Counted from the stretch's first letter, positions 34,195 to 43,913 are shown. The stretch is 64,000 bases of DNA from Verrucomicrobiota bacterium (GCA_038209745.1 JBBQXJ010000001.1:30096-94095); one strand, 5' to 3'. The notes: generated by a model from the sequence alone, not told the origin. A program made the numbers and translations.

Positions 34195-35240
34195 CATCGC
34201 TGTCCTACCCGGCGTTCAATCTCTCCGATGGCCCAGGACGCGTGTTCCGCGATCAGCGGTTCGGGATCGGTGGCGGCACGGCTCAATGCGGGCAGGGCCG
34301 AAGCATCGCCGGTGTTTCCTAGAGCCACGCACACGTTGCGCAGAAGCCCGCGCCGTTTGGTCCGGAGAATCGGGGTGCCGGCGAAGCGCTGCTTGAAGGC
34401 GGGCTGATCGAGGGAGAGCAGTTCCAGCAAGTCGGCCAGGTCGAGATCCGGCCGGGCGTGTTCGCGCATGATGCGGCCCTCGCGGGCGAAACGGTTCCAC
34501 GGACAGACCGACAGACAGTCGTCACAGCCGTAGATCCGATTGCCAATGGCCAGACGAAGCTCGACCGGGATCGAGCCCTTCAGCTCGATGGTCAAGTAGG
34601 AGATGCAGCGGCGGGCATCCAGGGCGAAGGGCGCCGTGATGGCGCCGGTGGGACAGGCGGTGATGCACCGGGTGCAGCGGCCGCAATGGTTGGTCTCCGG
34701 TGCGTCGGGTTCCAGCTCCAGCGTGGTGATGATCTCCGAAAGGAAGAACCAGTTCCCCAAACGGCGGCCGATGAGATTGGTGTGCTTGCCCACGAAGCCA
34801 AGCCCGGCCCGCTGGGCGAGGTCGCGCTCCAGGAGCGGCCCGGTATCCACATACCAGAGCGAACGGGAGTCTCCTCCTCCCAAGGATCCCACGAATTCCG
34901 TGAGCGATCTCAGCCGACCGGCCAACACGTCGTGGTAGTCCGCATGGCGGGCATAGCGGGCAATCACTCCGGTGGGCCTATCGGACCTCGGACCACCGGG
35001 ATCCGGCATCGCTTCCCGATGATAGCTCGTCGCGAGGACGATCAGGCTACGGGCGTCCGGAAGCACCTTTTGGGGATCGACCCGCTTCTCGGCGTTGCGG
35101 GCCAGCCACTGCATCTCGCCATTGCGCCCATCCTGGAGCCAGTCCTGGAAGGCAAGGCGATGATCGGGCGGATCGGCATGGGTGAAACGGCAGGCGTCGA
35201 AGCCCAGTTCCAAGGCGCGCTGGCGGACGACGTCTTTCAC
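34194..35240 (-). CDS. queG: tRNA epoxyqueuosine(34) reductase (GTG start)
   Basis: 4Fe-4S motif CGRCTRCITACPTGA, CISYLTIE, CDDCLSVCPWN, and a C-terminal HEAT-like ALGNTGD. Confidence 0.9.
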   Translation of the reverse strand: MKDVVRQRALELGFDACRFTHADPPDHRLAFQDWLQDGRNGEMQWLARNAEKRVDPQKVLPDARSLIVLATSYHREAMPDPGGPRSDRPTGVIARYARHADYHDVLAGRLRSLTEFVGSLGGGDSRSLWYVDTGPLLERDLAQRAGLGFVGKHTNLIGRRLGNWFFLSEIITTLELEPDAPETNHCGRCTRCITACPTGAITAPFALDARRCISYLTIELKGSIPVELRLAIGNRIYGCDDCLSVCPWNRFAREGRIMREHARPDLDLADLLELLSLDQPAFKQRFAGTPILRTKRRGLLRNVCVALGNTGDASALPALSRAATDPEPLIAEHASWAIGEIERRVGQR

Positions 35241-35776
35241 TTCGCGACGTGGCGCATCAGGTTGAACTGGTGGACGACATGCTGCGCCACCTCGCGGGCC
35301 GACCGGGTCTCGACGCCGATGAGGACGTCGGCCTGTCGGTAGGCCGGCTCGCGCGCGGCGAGCAATTCGCGGATCCTCGCCAGGGGATCGGGCGTCTGGA
35401 GCAGGGGCCGGTGCGTCATGTGCCGGACCCGTTCGTAGATGGTTTCGGTCGACGCCCAGAGGCAGACGACAAGGGCGTGCCGCTGGAGAGAGGCGAGGCT
35501 CTCCGGATCGACGATGAGCCCTCCACCGGTGGAGATGACGAGCCCCTCGCGGTCGGCCAGACTCTGGACAAGTTTCCGTTCCATTGAGCGGAACACTTCT
35601 TCTCCGTGGTCCGCGAAGATCTCGCGGATGGAGCGGCCGGCTTCCCGCTCGATGCGTTCGTCGGTGTCGACGAACTCGAATCCGAGCTGTTCACAGACCA
35701 TCCGCCCAACGGTGCTCTTGCCGACTCCCATGAAGCCGGCAAGCGCCAGATTGCGGATGTGCCGTGTCGCGTGCAT
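35237..35776 (-). CDS. aroK: shikimate kinase
   Basis: Walker A GFMGVGKSTVGR, DTDERIE and STGGG. ATG 35776 (35788 also possible). The stop overlaps the queG GTG (GTGA). Confidence 0.85.
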   Translation of the reverse strand: MHATRHIRNLALAGFMGVGKSTVGRMVCEQLGFEFVDTDERIEREAGRSIREIFADHGEEVFRSMERKLVQSLADREGLVISTGGGLIVDPESLASLQRHALVVCLWASTETIYERVRHMTHRPLLQTPDPLARIRELLAAREPAYRQADVLIGVETRSAREVAQHVVHQFNLMRHVAK

Positions 35777-36178
35777 GCCGTCAGCCATAACCGACGGAAG
35801 ACGGGCATCGCACGAGGTTTCTGAGGCCCAGCCGCCCACGCGCATGGAAGAGGGGTCCATCGCACCCTGGTTTCTCCCCGAGCGTTGCCGACCCGAGACC
35901 GGAGAATCCGCCCCTTGTTTCGAAAAGAGAGTCCGATGCGGGACAGGTTCAAGCCACGGCCGGCGTTTTCTCAGTAGCGCGATCCATTCCGGGCCACCTA
36001 CCCCCGATGCGTGCTTCACAGACAGACAAAAACCGCCTTCAAGACAGCGGTTCCAGAATCGAGACCTTGCAGAATCCGGCGATGTCACGTCGAACGACAG
36101 ATGTGTCTTGTTCGATCCGTCGGCCGAGAGGGTCTGACGAGTTTCCACTGCGGCATCGCCCCTGCTAGATGGGTCATC

Positions 36179-36652
36179 GTGATCAAGTCAGTTGGAAAAG
36201 CGATATTCGGTGGCCGGTGGCTCGGGCTCTTTGCCGTGGCTTTGGGGTGCGTGGCCGGCGCGGCGGAGAACCAGGCTCCAAGAATGAGGGTGCTGCAGTT
36301 CAAGGTGACGTCTGCGGGAATCAGTCTCATCGGATCGACGAATGTCGTCGGCCGCTGCAAACCCCAGCCGGACGCGCCTGTGGGGATCGAATATCAGGTC
36401 CGCTCCGCCGACAGCGTCGTGCTCCGAAAGGCGACCGTCAGCAATCCGCTCGTGCAGCGCACCTGCTTCGAGGAAGTGCCCGGATCGGGCGAACTGACCA
36501 CCAAATACGTCGAGCTGCCCGAAGCCGATCTCGTTGTCCGGGTGCCGGCCGACGCAGCCGCCAGCTCCATCCGGTTCTACGAACACGCCCCCGCCGGGAG
36601 CCGCGTCGCCAATTCCGCCCCGCGCCTTCTGGCCGAGATCTCCCTGAAGTAA
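36179..36652 (+). CDS. small secreted beta-rich protein, possibly a detached M64 N-terminal-domain homologue (GTG start)
   Basis: Signal-like VIKSVGKAIFGGRWLGLFAVALGCVAGAAE followed by a ~125-aa beta-strand-pattern domain. Its stop lies 2 nt before the M64 peptidase ATG. Confidence 0.5.
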   Translation: MIKSVGKAIFGGRWLGLFAVALGCVAGAAENQAPRMRVLQFKVTSAGISLIGSTNVVGRCKPQPDAPVGIEYQVRSADSVVLRKATVSNPLVQRTCFEEVPGSGELTTKYVELPEADLVVRVPADAAASSIRFYEHAPAGSRVANSAPRLLAEISLK

Positions 36653-36654
36653 AC

Positions 36655-38070
36655 ATGATCGCCGCCCTTCCATGCCCCGACTCCATGACCCGATTCCTCG
36701 CTCGGGCCGTAGTGTGGCTCGGAGTCCTATGCTCCGGTCTCTCCGTCTTCGGCCAACAAGTCTTCACCGTCCTCACCAACGGGCCGACAGCCAACCGGAT
36801 CAACATCGTGATCGTCTCCGAAGGCTACACCGCCGCAGAACTGGCGACGTTCCGCACCGACGCGACGAATTCGGTCGCGGCGCTGCTTTCAGAATCCCCG
36901 TTCGCTCTGTATCGGAACATGTTCAACGGTTACGGCATCGCCGTTGCCTCGAACGAATCGGGTTCGGACCATCCGAGTCGCGGTGTTTACAAGGACACCT
37001 TTTTCAACAGCAGTTTCGACAGCTACGGCACCACCCGATTGGTCACCATTCCTCCGAATGATTTCGACTACAGCTCCGCGAACGGCACCTACAAGGTGAC
37101 TCAACTGCTCAACGCGCTCCTGCCCGAGTGGGACATCGTCATGATCCTCGTCAACGACACCGAGTATGGCGGCTCCGGCGGCGGATATCTCGTGGTTTCG
37201 AAGAACGGCAGCTCGTCCGAGATCGCCCGTCACGAATTGGGCCACACCTTCGCGCGCCTCGGGGACGAGTATTCTTCAGCCTATCCCGGCTACCCCGCGA
37301 TCGAGGAGCCGAACACGACCCGCGAGACCAACCGTAACAGCATCAAATGGAGTGCTTGGTTCAAGTCATCCACGCCCACACCCACCCCGCAGACGTCGGC
37401 CTATGGTTCAGTCGTCGGACTCTTCCAAGGAGCCCACTACAACACCACCGGGTGGTATCGGCCCAAGCTCAACTGCAAGATGCAGTCCCTCGGCCAGCCC
37501 TACTGCGAAATCTGCGCTGAAGCCCTTCTCACCTCCGCCTACGGCCGGATCAATGCGGCCGGAGACACCTTCCCTTCCACGGGCGCGGTGGTGGCGGCCG
37601 CTGCCGGTTCCGCGCTGGCCCTGAACGTCAACCCCCTCGTCCCGAGCGCCACGCGCACCGTTCAATGGTCGCTGAACAGCGTGCCCATCAGCGGCGGGAC
37701 GAACATCAGCCTTTCCCTGGCCGCATCCGCTTTGGCGCCGGGAACGAACTTCGTGCGCTGCATCGTCCGCGACACGACCAGCCTGGTGAAAATGGATCCT
37801 CTGAACAAACTCCAAGGCCTCGTCGAATGGCGGGTCACCGTCGATGGCGCCCACCTCTTCATGGACCCGCCCGTATGGCTTGGCGGCGGCCGGCTGGCGC
37901 TGAAGGTCACCGGTTATGCACCCAAGGGCGTGGTGCTCCAAACCACCGATGATTTCACCCACTGGACCGATCTGTCGATCCACGGACCGATGGACGGCTC
38001 CATGAACACGACGAACGTCATCCCGTCGGGGATCTCCGCCGTGGGCTTCCGCGCGGTGGCGACGGAGTAG
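36655..38070 (+). CDS. M64 family (IgA-peptidase-like) zinc metallopeptidase with C-terminal Ig-like domains
   Basis: NIVIVSEGYT, ILVNDTEYGGSGGGYL and HELGHTFARLGDEY (HExxH). Own signal peptide (FLARAVVWLGVLCSGLSVFG). Confidence 0.8.
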   Translation: MIAALPCPDSMTRFLARAVVWLGVLCSGLSVFGQQVFTVLTNGPTANRINIVIVSEGYTAAELATFRTDATNSVAALLSESPFALYRNMFNGYGIAVASNESGSDHPSRGVYKDTFFNSSFDSYGTTRLVTIPPNDFDYSSANGTYKVTQLLNALLPEWDIVMILVNDTEYGGSGGGYLVVSKNGSSSEIARHELGHTFARLGDEYSSAYPGYPAIEEPNTTRETNRNSIKWSAWFKSSTPTPTPQTSAYGSVVGLFQGAHYNTTGWYRPKLNCKMQSLGQPYCEICAEALLTSAYGRINAAGDTFPSTGAVVAAAAGSALALNVNPLVPSATRTVQWSLNSVPISGGTNISLSLAASALAPGTNFVRCIVRDTTSLVKMDPLNKLQGLVEWRVTVDGAHLFMDPPVWLGGGRLALKVTGYAPKGVVLQTTDDFTHWTDLSIHGPMDGSMNTTNVIPSGISAVGFRAVATE

Positions 38071-38209
38071 GACGCCGGAACAACCACGGACGGAGCAGCC
38101 CCATCGCGGCAAGGTAGACCGTCCATCCCGCAAAGGCCGGGGCCAGATGAACCGGGTTGATGTAGGTCCAGTCGGGCATCTTCGCTGAGAAATTGCCGGT
38201 GGCCGCCGC

Positions 38210-39391
38210 TCACTCCACCAGCCGATACCAGTTGTCCCGCTTCTTCGGCTCGTAGCCGAGTTCGGCGATCAGACGCTCCATGTCGGCCGAGCCCATCCGG
38301 TGCGTCGTGCCGGCGCTGCTGACGACGTTCTCCTCGATCATGATCGATCCCAGATCGTTGGCCCCGTATTTGAGCGCCACCTGTCCGATCTCCTGGCCCT
38401 GGGTGACCCATGAGCTCTGGATACTGGGAATGTTGTCGAGGTAGATGCGGGCCAGGGCCTGCGTCTTGAGATACTCGTGCGAACCGACCGTGGGCGTCTT
38501 CAGGACCGCGTTCTCCGGCTGGAAGGTCCAGCAGATGAAGGCGGTGAAGGCGCCTCCTTTGAGCGAACCGCTTTCCAGCGCCCCGGAATAGGCCGCCGCT
38601 CGGGCCATCGGGGATCCGGCATCGGGAATCGGCAACCCGGCGAGCGAACGGTCCTGGTGGCTGCGGACCACTTCCAAGTGTTCGAGCCGATCGTCCGGAG
38701 TCTCCACATGGCCGAACATCATCGTGACGGAGCTGGCCAAGCCGAGCCGGTGCGCCACGTCCATCACGCCCATCCATTCACTCGTGTTCGCCTTGAGCGG
38801 TGCGATGCGTTTCCGGACGCGGTCCACCAAAATCTCGCCGCCACCGCCGGGAATGCTGCCCAAACCCGCGTCGACAAAGTCGCGGATGATCTGCTCCACG
38901 GGCTCGTTGAAGACTTCCTGGAAATGGATGAACTCGCTGGGACTGAAGCCGTGGATGTTGAACCCGGGGAACTTGTCCCGGACATGGCTGAGCAGGTCGA
39001 GATACCACTGTTTGGTGAGCTTCGGATGGTGTCCCCCCTGCATGAGCATCTGCGCTCCGCCGAGGGCGAGGGTCTCCTCGATCTTGCGGTCGAGTTCATC
39101 GAGGGAAATGACGTAGCTGTCGGCGTCCTTTTCCGTCCGCCAAAAAGCGCAGAACTTGCAGTAGACGTTGCAGACGTTGGTGTAGTTGACGTTGCGGTCG
39201 ACGATGTAGGTGACCACGTCGTTGCCGCGTCCGCCATGGGCCGCCGCCCGGTGCAGCTGGCGACGGCGATCGGCCAAGGCGCCCACCTCCTCCAATGGGA
39301 GCGTGGAAATCCGGCGCGCCTCGTCGAGCGAAATGCGGCCACCGTCCCAGACCTTCTGCAGAAGACCGTCCAACGACGCGTCGTAGATCAT
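38210..39391 (-). CDS. mqnC: futalosine-pathway radical SAM enzyme, most like cyclic dehypoxanthinyl futalosine synthase
   Basis: TYIVDRNVNYTNVCNVYCKFCAF (CxxxCxxC), GGAQMLMQGGHHP, SIPGGGGEIL, SSWVTQG and GANDLGSIMIEENVV. I cannot fully exclude MqnE. Confidence 0.75.
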   Translation of the reverse strand: MIYDASLDGLLQKVWDGGRISLDEARRISTLPLEEVGALADRRRQLHRAAAHGGRGNDVVTYIVDRNVNYTNVCNVYCKFCAFWRTEKDADSYVISLDELDRKIEETLALGGAQMLMQGGHHPKLTKQWYLDLLSHVRDKFPGFNIHGFSPSEFIHFQEVFNEPVEQIIRDFVDAGLGSIPGGGGEILVDRVRKRIAPLKANTSEWMGVMDVAHRLGLASSVTMMFGHVETPDDRLEHLEVVRSHQDRSLAGLPIPDAGSPMARAAAYSGALESGSLKGGAFTAFICWTFQPENAVLKTPTVGSHEYLKTQALARIYLDNIPSIQSSWVTQGQEIGQVALKYGANDLGSIMIEENVVSSAGTTHRMGSADMERLIAELGYEPKKRDNWYRLVE

Positions 39392-39473
39392 GGTTGAATC
39401 CTATCAGTCCGGGACCGGAAACCAAGGCCGCCGGACAGTTCGAAGCTCCGCTTACGATTCCGGTAAGGCGGGC

Positions 39474-39665
39474 TCAAAACGGCTTGGCCGGCATCAACAA
39501 CCGGATGCCGACGATGAGGCAGACCAAGGCGCCGCCCAATCCGGCGGGAGCCCTCAGGTCGATGTTCCCCTCCATGCTCGCGCGGTGCGACATCAGGGCC
39601 AGCACGCCCATGACGAGCAACGCGCTGCCCAGAGCGAATACGACGAGTGCGGCAATCTTCTTCAT
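39474..39665 (-). CDS. small two-TM membrane protein
   Basis: 63 aa (MKKIAALVVFALGSALLVMGVLALM...LGGALVCLIVGIRLLM), ATG start, between mqnA and mqnC. Confidence 0.4.
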   Translation of the reverse strand: MKKIAALVVFALGSALLVMGVLALMSHRASMEGNIDLRAPAGLGGALVCLIVGIRLLMPAKPF

Positions 39666-39740
39666 GAAAGGTCAATTTCTCCCACCCCATGGGCCTTTGA
39701 CAGGGAAATTCTCGATCCATCGCGGCCATCCCGCCGCCGA

Positions 39741-40628
39741 TCACAGGACAAATTTAGACTCGAACACTTCTTGGCCGGAGAACTTCGCAATCATCCCCGC
39801 GAATCGGGCGAGCCCACGTTTCTCATCCGCACCCATCATGTAGCGAATGTGCCCGCCGAGGTAGTCCTGGCGGAAGGCGCGGTCGAACTCCGAGCGATCG
39901 CGGATGATGTCGTCCAGCGTCTCTAGGCCGAAGTCGGCCGCCTCGTGGAGAATGCGCCGCAGGTCCGTGGTGTCCTTGTCCCGCCAAAGCACCCAGACGG
40001 CATAGACGAACGGCAACCCGGTCAGAGTGTCCCAAGCAGCCCCGAGATCCCAGATCGACCGCTCTGGATTCGTGCGGAGATAGCGGATCGCCGGATCGCC
40101 GATCAGCAGAACGTTGTCCGGCATCAAGTCGGCGTCGTATTCGAGCAGCGGGATGAAGTCCGGAAACGATCCCCGCTCCGCCAGCAGCACGCGGAGCAGG
40201 TTCACGCTGGTCAAGGAAGCCGGATCGAGGTGGATCTGCGTGATCTCCTCCAGCGGCTGAGTGTGGGCGAGGTAGACGCTCTTCACCTCGCCGCGGGACC
40301 CGATGCAGATCCCGTCGAGAATGTCGTAGTCGTCGCAGAACAGAGCCTCCGTCACGCTCAAGAGCGCGGCGTCCAGCTTCCCCTTGCGCAGCAGGGCCGC
40401 GAGTTCCTTCGGCGGCACGAACAGCACCTGGTCCTCGATCCCACGGGTCAAGGGCACGGCGTTGAGGTAGGGGACGGAACCAACCCTGAAGCCGGACAGG
40501 GTCTGTTCGAGCAGGTCTTCCTCCGGATCGATCTCGAACCGGGGCTCGGCCCGCGGCGGACGCGGCAACTCCCTAACGGAAACCGGATCGGCGGGGCCGG
40601 AGCTCGGCGAGGCTTCAGGCTGGCTCAT
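39741..40628 (-). CDS. mqnA: chorismate dehydratase (MqnA/MqnD family, futalosine pathway)
   Basis: FRVGSVPYLNAVPL, LDAALLSVTEAL and LPFVYAVWV. Start at ATG 40628. Confidence 0.8.
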   Translation of the reverse strand: MSQPEASPSSGPADPVSVRELPRPPRAEPRFEIDPEEDLLEQTLSGFRVGSVPYLNAVPLTRGIEDQVLFVPPKELAALLRKGKLDAALLSVTEALFCDDYDILDGICIGSRGEVKSVYLAHTQPLEEITQIHLDPASLTSVNLLRVLLAERGSFPDFIPLLEYDADLMPDNVLLIGDPAIRYLRTNPERSIWDLGAAWDTLTGLPFVYAVWVLWRDKDTTDLRRILHEAADFGLETLDDIIRDRSEFDRAFRQDYLGGHIRYMMGADEKRGLARFAGMIAKFSGQEVFESKFVL

Positions 40629-40760
40629 GGGAGGACATTTCGTGCGGCGAAGCTGGAGGGGGAAGTCATCCGGGTCAACGACCGGCCCTGGCGCGGGTGC
40701 TCCTCGATGGCCCCTGAAAATCCATTCTTCATGAAACAACGTGCCTGACCGGCTCGCTGC

Positions 40761-41222
40761 TCAAATGTCGATCACCGGGCCGCCGCCGCCCTTCTTATCA
40801 TCATCGTCGTCGCCGCCGATACGAGGGCCGGGGCCCGGATTCTGGCCGTTTCCGCGTCGCACCCGGACCCGCGATTCGGAGGTGCCCGTGAGCACACCGA
40901 GAACCGTGGAGACGATGCTGATGACGATCCCTCCAAAAAGCGCCGGCCAGAAGCCTTCCACGCTGAAACCCGGCCTCATCAGCCAGCCCACCAGACTGAG
41001 CATGATGGCGTTGATGACGAGCATGAACAACCCGAGCGTCAGGATGACCAACGGAAGGGACAGCAGCAGCAGCACCGGTCGCAGCAACGCGTTCAGCACC
41101 CCGAGAAGCAACGAGGCCATCAGCAGATCGGGCCAGCCCCGGAAATGCACCCCGGACACGACAAGGCTCGCCGCCAGCACGCTCACCGTGTTGATCGTCC
41201 AACGTTGAAGAAACAGTTTCAC
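40761..41222 (-). CDS. phage-holin-4-like / DUF360 family membrane protein (GTG start)
   Basis: 4 TM helices, LLLGVLNALLRPVLLLLSLPLVILTLGLFMLVINAIML, and a Gly/Asp-rich tail. Confidence 0.75.
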   Translation of the reverse strand: MKLFLQRWTINTVSVLAASLVVSGVHFRGWPDLLMASLLLGVLNALLRPVLLLLSLPLVILTLGLFMLVINAIMLSLVGWLMRPGFSVEGFWPALFGGIVISIVSTVLGVLTGTSESRVRVRRGNGQNPGPGPRIGGDDDDDKKGGGGPVIDI

Positions 41223-41304
41223 TGGGGCTGAGGCTAAAGCAGGAATCGTATTTCAGCCAAGCGGGAGGTGGAGCGCATCCGGAGTCGGACGCCCGGTTCT
41301 CGCA

Positions 41305-42282
41305 TCACGCCCGGCCCGGCATCACCTGGAGAAACTGTGCGTCCTTGGTCGCGTTCACTTCCACCACGCGCAGCGAAGCGGGCAACAGGCAGAACTGCCC
41401 GGGCTTCAACACCGCGTCGCCGGATCCGCCCTTCACCTTCAGTTCGCCGCACACCACCCCGAGGATCTGGAACGAGGCCAGAGGCAGCGCCACCGTGGTC
41501 TGCGCAGCGAGTTCGCAGACGCGGACGCGGAAGAGCGGATCGTCCACCAGGGGCTGGATTCGGAGCGGCCCGTGCGACTCGAAGCCGGCCCGGATGAGAT
41601 CCGGCTCGAAGTCCGCGAAGTCGACGCTGGCCAGCGACTGCGCCACATGGAGATCGCGCGGCTTGCCGGCGGCGTCGACGCGGTTCCAATCGAAGACACG
41701 GTAGGTCGTGTCGGAATTCTGCTGGATCTCGAAAAGGACGCTGCCGGCCCCGAGCGCGTGGACGCGGCCGGAAGGCAGGAACATCGCATCTCCCGCGCGC
41801 ACCCGGATCCGATGGAAGCAATCCGCCACGGTGCCGTCCTGGGTGCGCCGTTCGAACTCGTCGCGGGACACCCCGTTCCGCAGGCCGACGTAGAGCCGCG
41901 CTTCGGGCGTGGTGCTGGTGAAATACCACAGCTCCGTCTTGGGCTCGCCCCGCAACTCGGCAGCCTTGGCGGCGGGCGGATGGACCTGGAGCGAGAGATC
42001 CTGCTGGGCGTCGAGGATCTTCACCAACAGCGGGAACACCGGCGGAACTGGACGCCCCGAACCGAAGAGCTCCGGACCGAACTTCTCCATGAGGTATCGC
42101 AACGATTTTCCGGCCATCGGTCCGTTTGCGACGATGCTCTGGTCCTCCGGCCGGTCACAGATCTCCCACGATTCGCCGATGGGCACGGCCGGCGGGAGCG
42201 GCTTCCGGTAGAGCGTCTCCAGCAGGCGTCCGCCCCAGATGCGTTCCTTGAAGAGAGGTTCGAAGAGAAAGGGGTAGAGCAT
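41305..42282 (-). CDS. manA: class I mannose-6-phosphate isomerase
   Basis: KERIWGG, GESWEICDRP, LSLQVHPP and GDAMFLPSGRVHALG. Confidence 0.85.
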   Translation of the reverse strand: MLYPFLFEPLFKERIWGGRLLETLYRKPLPPAVPIGESWEICDRPEDQSIVANGPMAGKSLRYLMEKFGPELFGSGRPVPPVFPLLVKILDAQQDLSLQVHPPAAKAAELRGEPKTELWYFTSTTPEARLYVGLRNGVSRDEFERRTQDGTVADCFHRIRVRAGDAMFLPSGRVHALGAGSVLFEIQQNSDTTYRVFDWNRVDAAGKPRDLHVAQSLASVDFADFEPDLIRAGFESHGPLRIQPLVDDPLFRVRVCELAAQTTVALPLASFQILGVVCGELKVKGGSGDAVLKPGQFCLLPASLRVVEVNATKDAQFLQVMPGRA

Positions 42283-42293
42283 GGGAATCCGTG

Positions 42294-42647
42294 TTAGCCG
42301 GCGACCAGGGGCGAATCCGACAGAATCAGAACGCAGGCCAAAACATCCGTTTCAAAGTCCAGCATCACACCCCAGTGCCGCCGTATGATCGAAACAATCT
42401 GAGGGGTCGGACAATTACCCAGGCGAAGAAAGACGAGTTTCGGCGGGTGACCGCGCAGCAGGCTTCGTTGGTGGAAATCCGCATCCTTGGAAACCAAGGT
42501 GAATCCATTGGTTTTCGCGAACTCCCAAATCTCTCCGTCATCGGTGTGGATGAGGCGGTGGGTTTTGACATGCGCCGATCCTGGAAAGAGTTCCGCGATC
42601 TGCGGGACGATGCGATCCGATAGGTTCTCGTCCAGCAGGAGTTTCAC
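42294..42647 (-). CDS. DUF5615 family PIN-like putative toxin (GTG start)
   Basis: VKLLLDENLSDRIVPQIAELFPGSAHV...LVSKDADF. The GTG overlaps the DUF433 stop (GTGA at 42644-42647). Confidence 0.7.
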   Translation of the reverse strand: MKLLLDENLSDRIVPQIAELFPGSAHVKTHRLIHTDDGEIWEFAKTNGFTLVSKDADFHQRSLLRGHPPKLVFLRLGNCPTPQIVSIIRRHWGVMLDFETDVLACVLILSDSPLVAG

Positions 42648-42868
42648 ACTGTGGCGACGAAGAGCCTCCGTTCGCGGTCGGCGGCAAAAGCGAGGCACGC
42701 CTTGATGTCCTCCCGGGTCAGTTCGGAAAAGTCGACCATGATTTCATCCTCGGTCATGCCCCCCGCCAGATACTCCAACACGTCATAGACCGTGATCCGC
42801 ATTCCTCGGATGCACGGCTTGCCGCTGCGCTTGCCCGGCTCGATCGTGATGATGCGGCTGTAGTCCAT
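42644..42868 (-). CDS. DUF433 domain protein, putative antitoxin
   Basis: 74 aa: GKRSGKPCIRGMRITVYDVLEYLAGGMTEDEIMVDFSELTREDIKACLAFA. Confidence 0.8.
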   Translation of the reverse strand: MDYSRIITIEPGKRSGKPCIRGMRITVYDVLEYLAGGMTEDEIMVDFSELTREDIKACLAFAADRERRLFVATV

Positions 42869-42929
42869 GTAAGAAGAGTATCGGACGGGCAGAATTCGAC
42901 AAGGCTGTCCGCAACCAACGGTTACGGGT

Positions 42930-43913
42930 TCACCCCGCCTTACCCGTCTGGGGTCCTTCCGTGAAATGTCCGAAGGAGCGGAACTTCCTGTAGCGCTGGT
43001 CGAGGCGTTCCCGGACACCGAGCTTGGAGACGGCGTCGAGGTTCGAGACCAGGGCGCGCTTGAGGCTTTCGGCGGCCGCTGCGGGATCCGTGTTCGCGCC
43101 GCCGAGGGGTTCGGAGACGACTTCGTCCACCAGACCGAGTTCACGCAGGTCCTTGGCCGAGATCTTGAGAGCCTCGGCGGCCTTGACCGACGCGGTGCGG
43201 TCTTTCCAAAGAATGGCGGCGCAACCTTCGGGGCTGATGACGGAGTAGTAGGCGTTTTCCAGGATGAGAACCTTGTCGGCCACGCCGATGCCGAGGGCGC
43301 CACCGGAACCGCCTTCGCCGATGACGGCGGCGATGATCGGCACCTCGAAAAGCATCATCTCACGGAGGTTCACCGCGATCGCCTCTCCGATATGGCGTTC
43401 CTCGGAGCCGATGCCGGGATACGCGCCGGCGGTGTCGATGAGCGTGATGATGGGGAGGCCGAACTTGTCCGCCATTTTCATGAGGCGAAGCGCCTTGCGG
43501 TAGCCTTCCGGATGGGCGGAGCCGAAGTTGCGGAGAATGTTCTCCTTGGTGTCGCGGCCCTTCTGGGTGCCGAGGACCATGACCTTGCGGCCATCGATCT
43601 TGGCGAAGCCGCCGACGACGGCGCGATCGTCCGAAAAGGCACGGTCGCCGTGGAGTTCCTCGAAGTCCTCGAAGGCGAGCCCGATGTAGTCGAGGGTGAA
43701 CGGACGCCTGGGGTGACGCGCGAGTTGGACGCGCTGCCAAGGCGTCAGGTCGGAATAGACCCGCTTCTTGGTCTCGCCGAGCTTGGCCTCCATCTGCTGG
43801 ATCTCAGCCTCGAAGCTCACGCTCAGCCCCTCGTTCTGGGACTGTTTGCGGAGATCATCCAGCTGGCGCTGGAGTTCGAATATCGGCTTCTCGAATTCGA
43901 GCTGATGTTTCAT
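42930..43913 (-). CDS. accA: acetyl-CoA carboxylase carboxyltransferase subunit alpha
   Basis: LARHPRRPFTLDYI, ELHGDRAFSDDRAVVGG, TPGAYPG-type block DTAGAYPGIGSEERH, and VIGEGGSGGALG. Confidence 0.95.
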   Translation of the reverse strand: MKHQLEFEKPIFELQRQLDDLRKQSQNEGLSVSFEAEIQQMEAKLGETKKRVYSDLTPWQRVQLARHPRRPFTLDYIGLAFEDFEELHGDRAFSDDRAVVGGFAKIDGRKVMVLGTQKGRDTKENILRNFGSAHPEGYRKALRLMKMADKFGLPIITLIDTAGAYPGIGSEERHIGEAIAVNLREMMLFEVPIIAAVIGEGGSGGALGIGVADKVLILENAYYSVISPEGCAAILWKDRTASVKAAEALKISAKDLRELGLVDEVVSEPLGGANTDPAAAAESLKRALVSNLDAVSKLGVRERLDQRYRKFRSFGHFTEGPQTGKAG

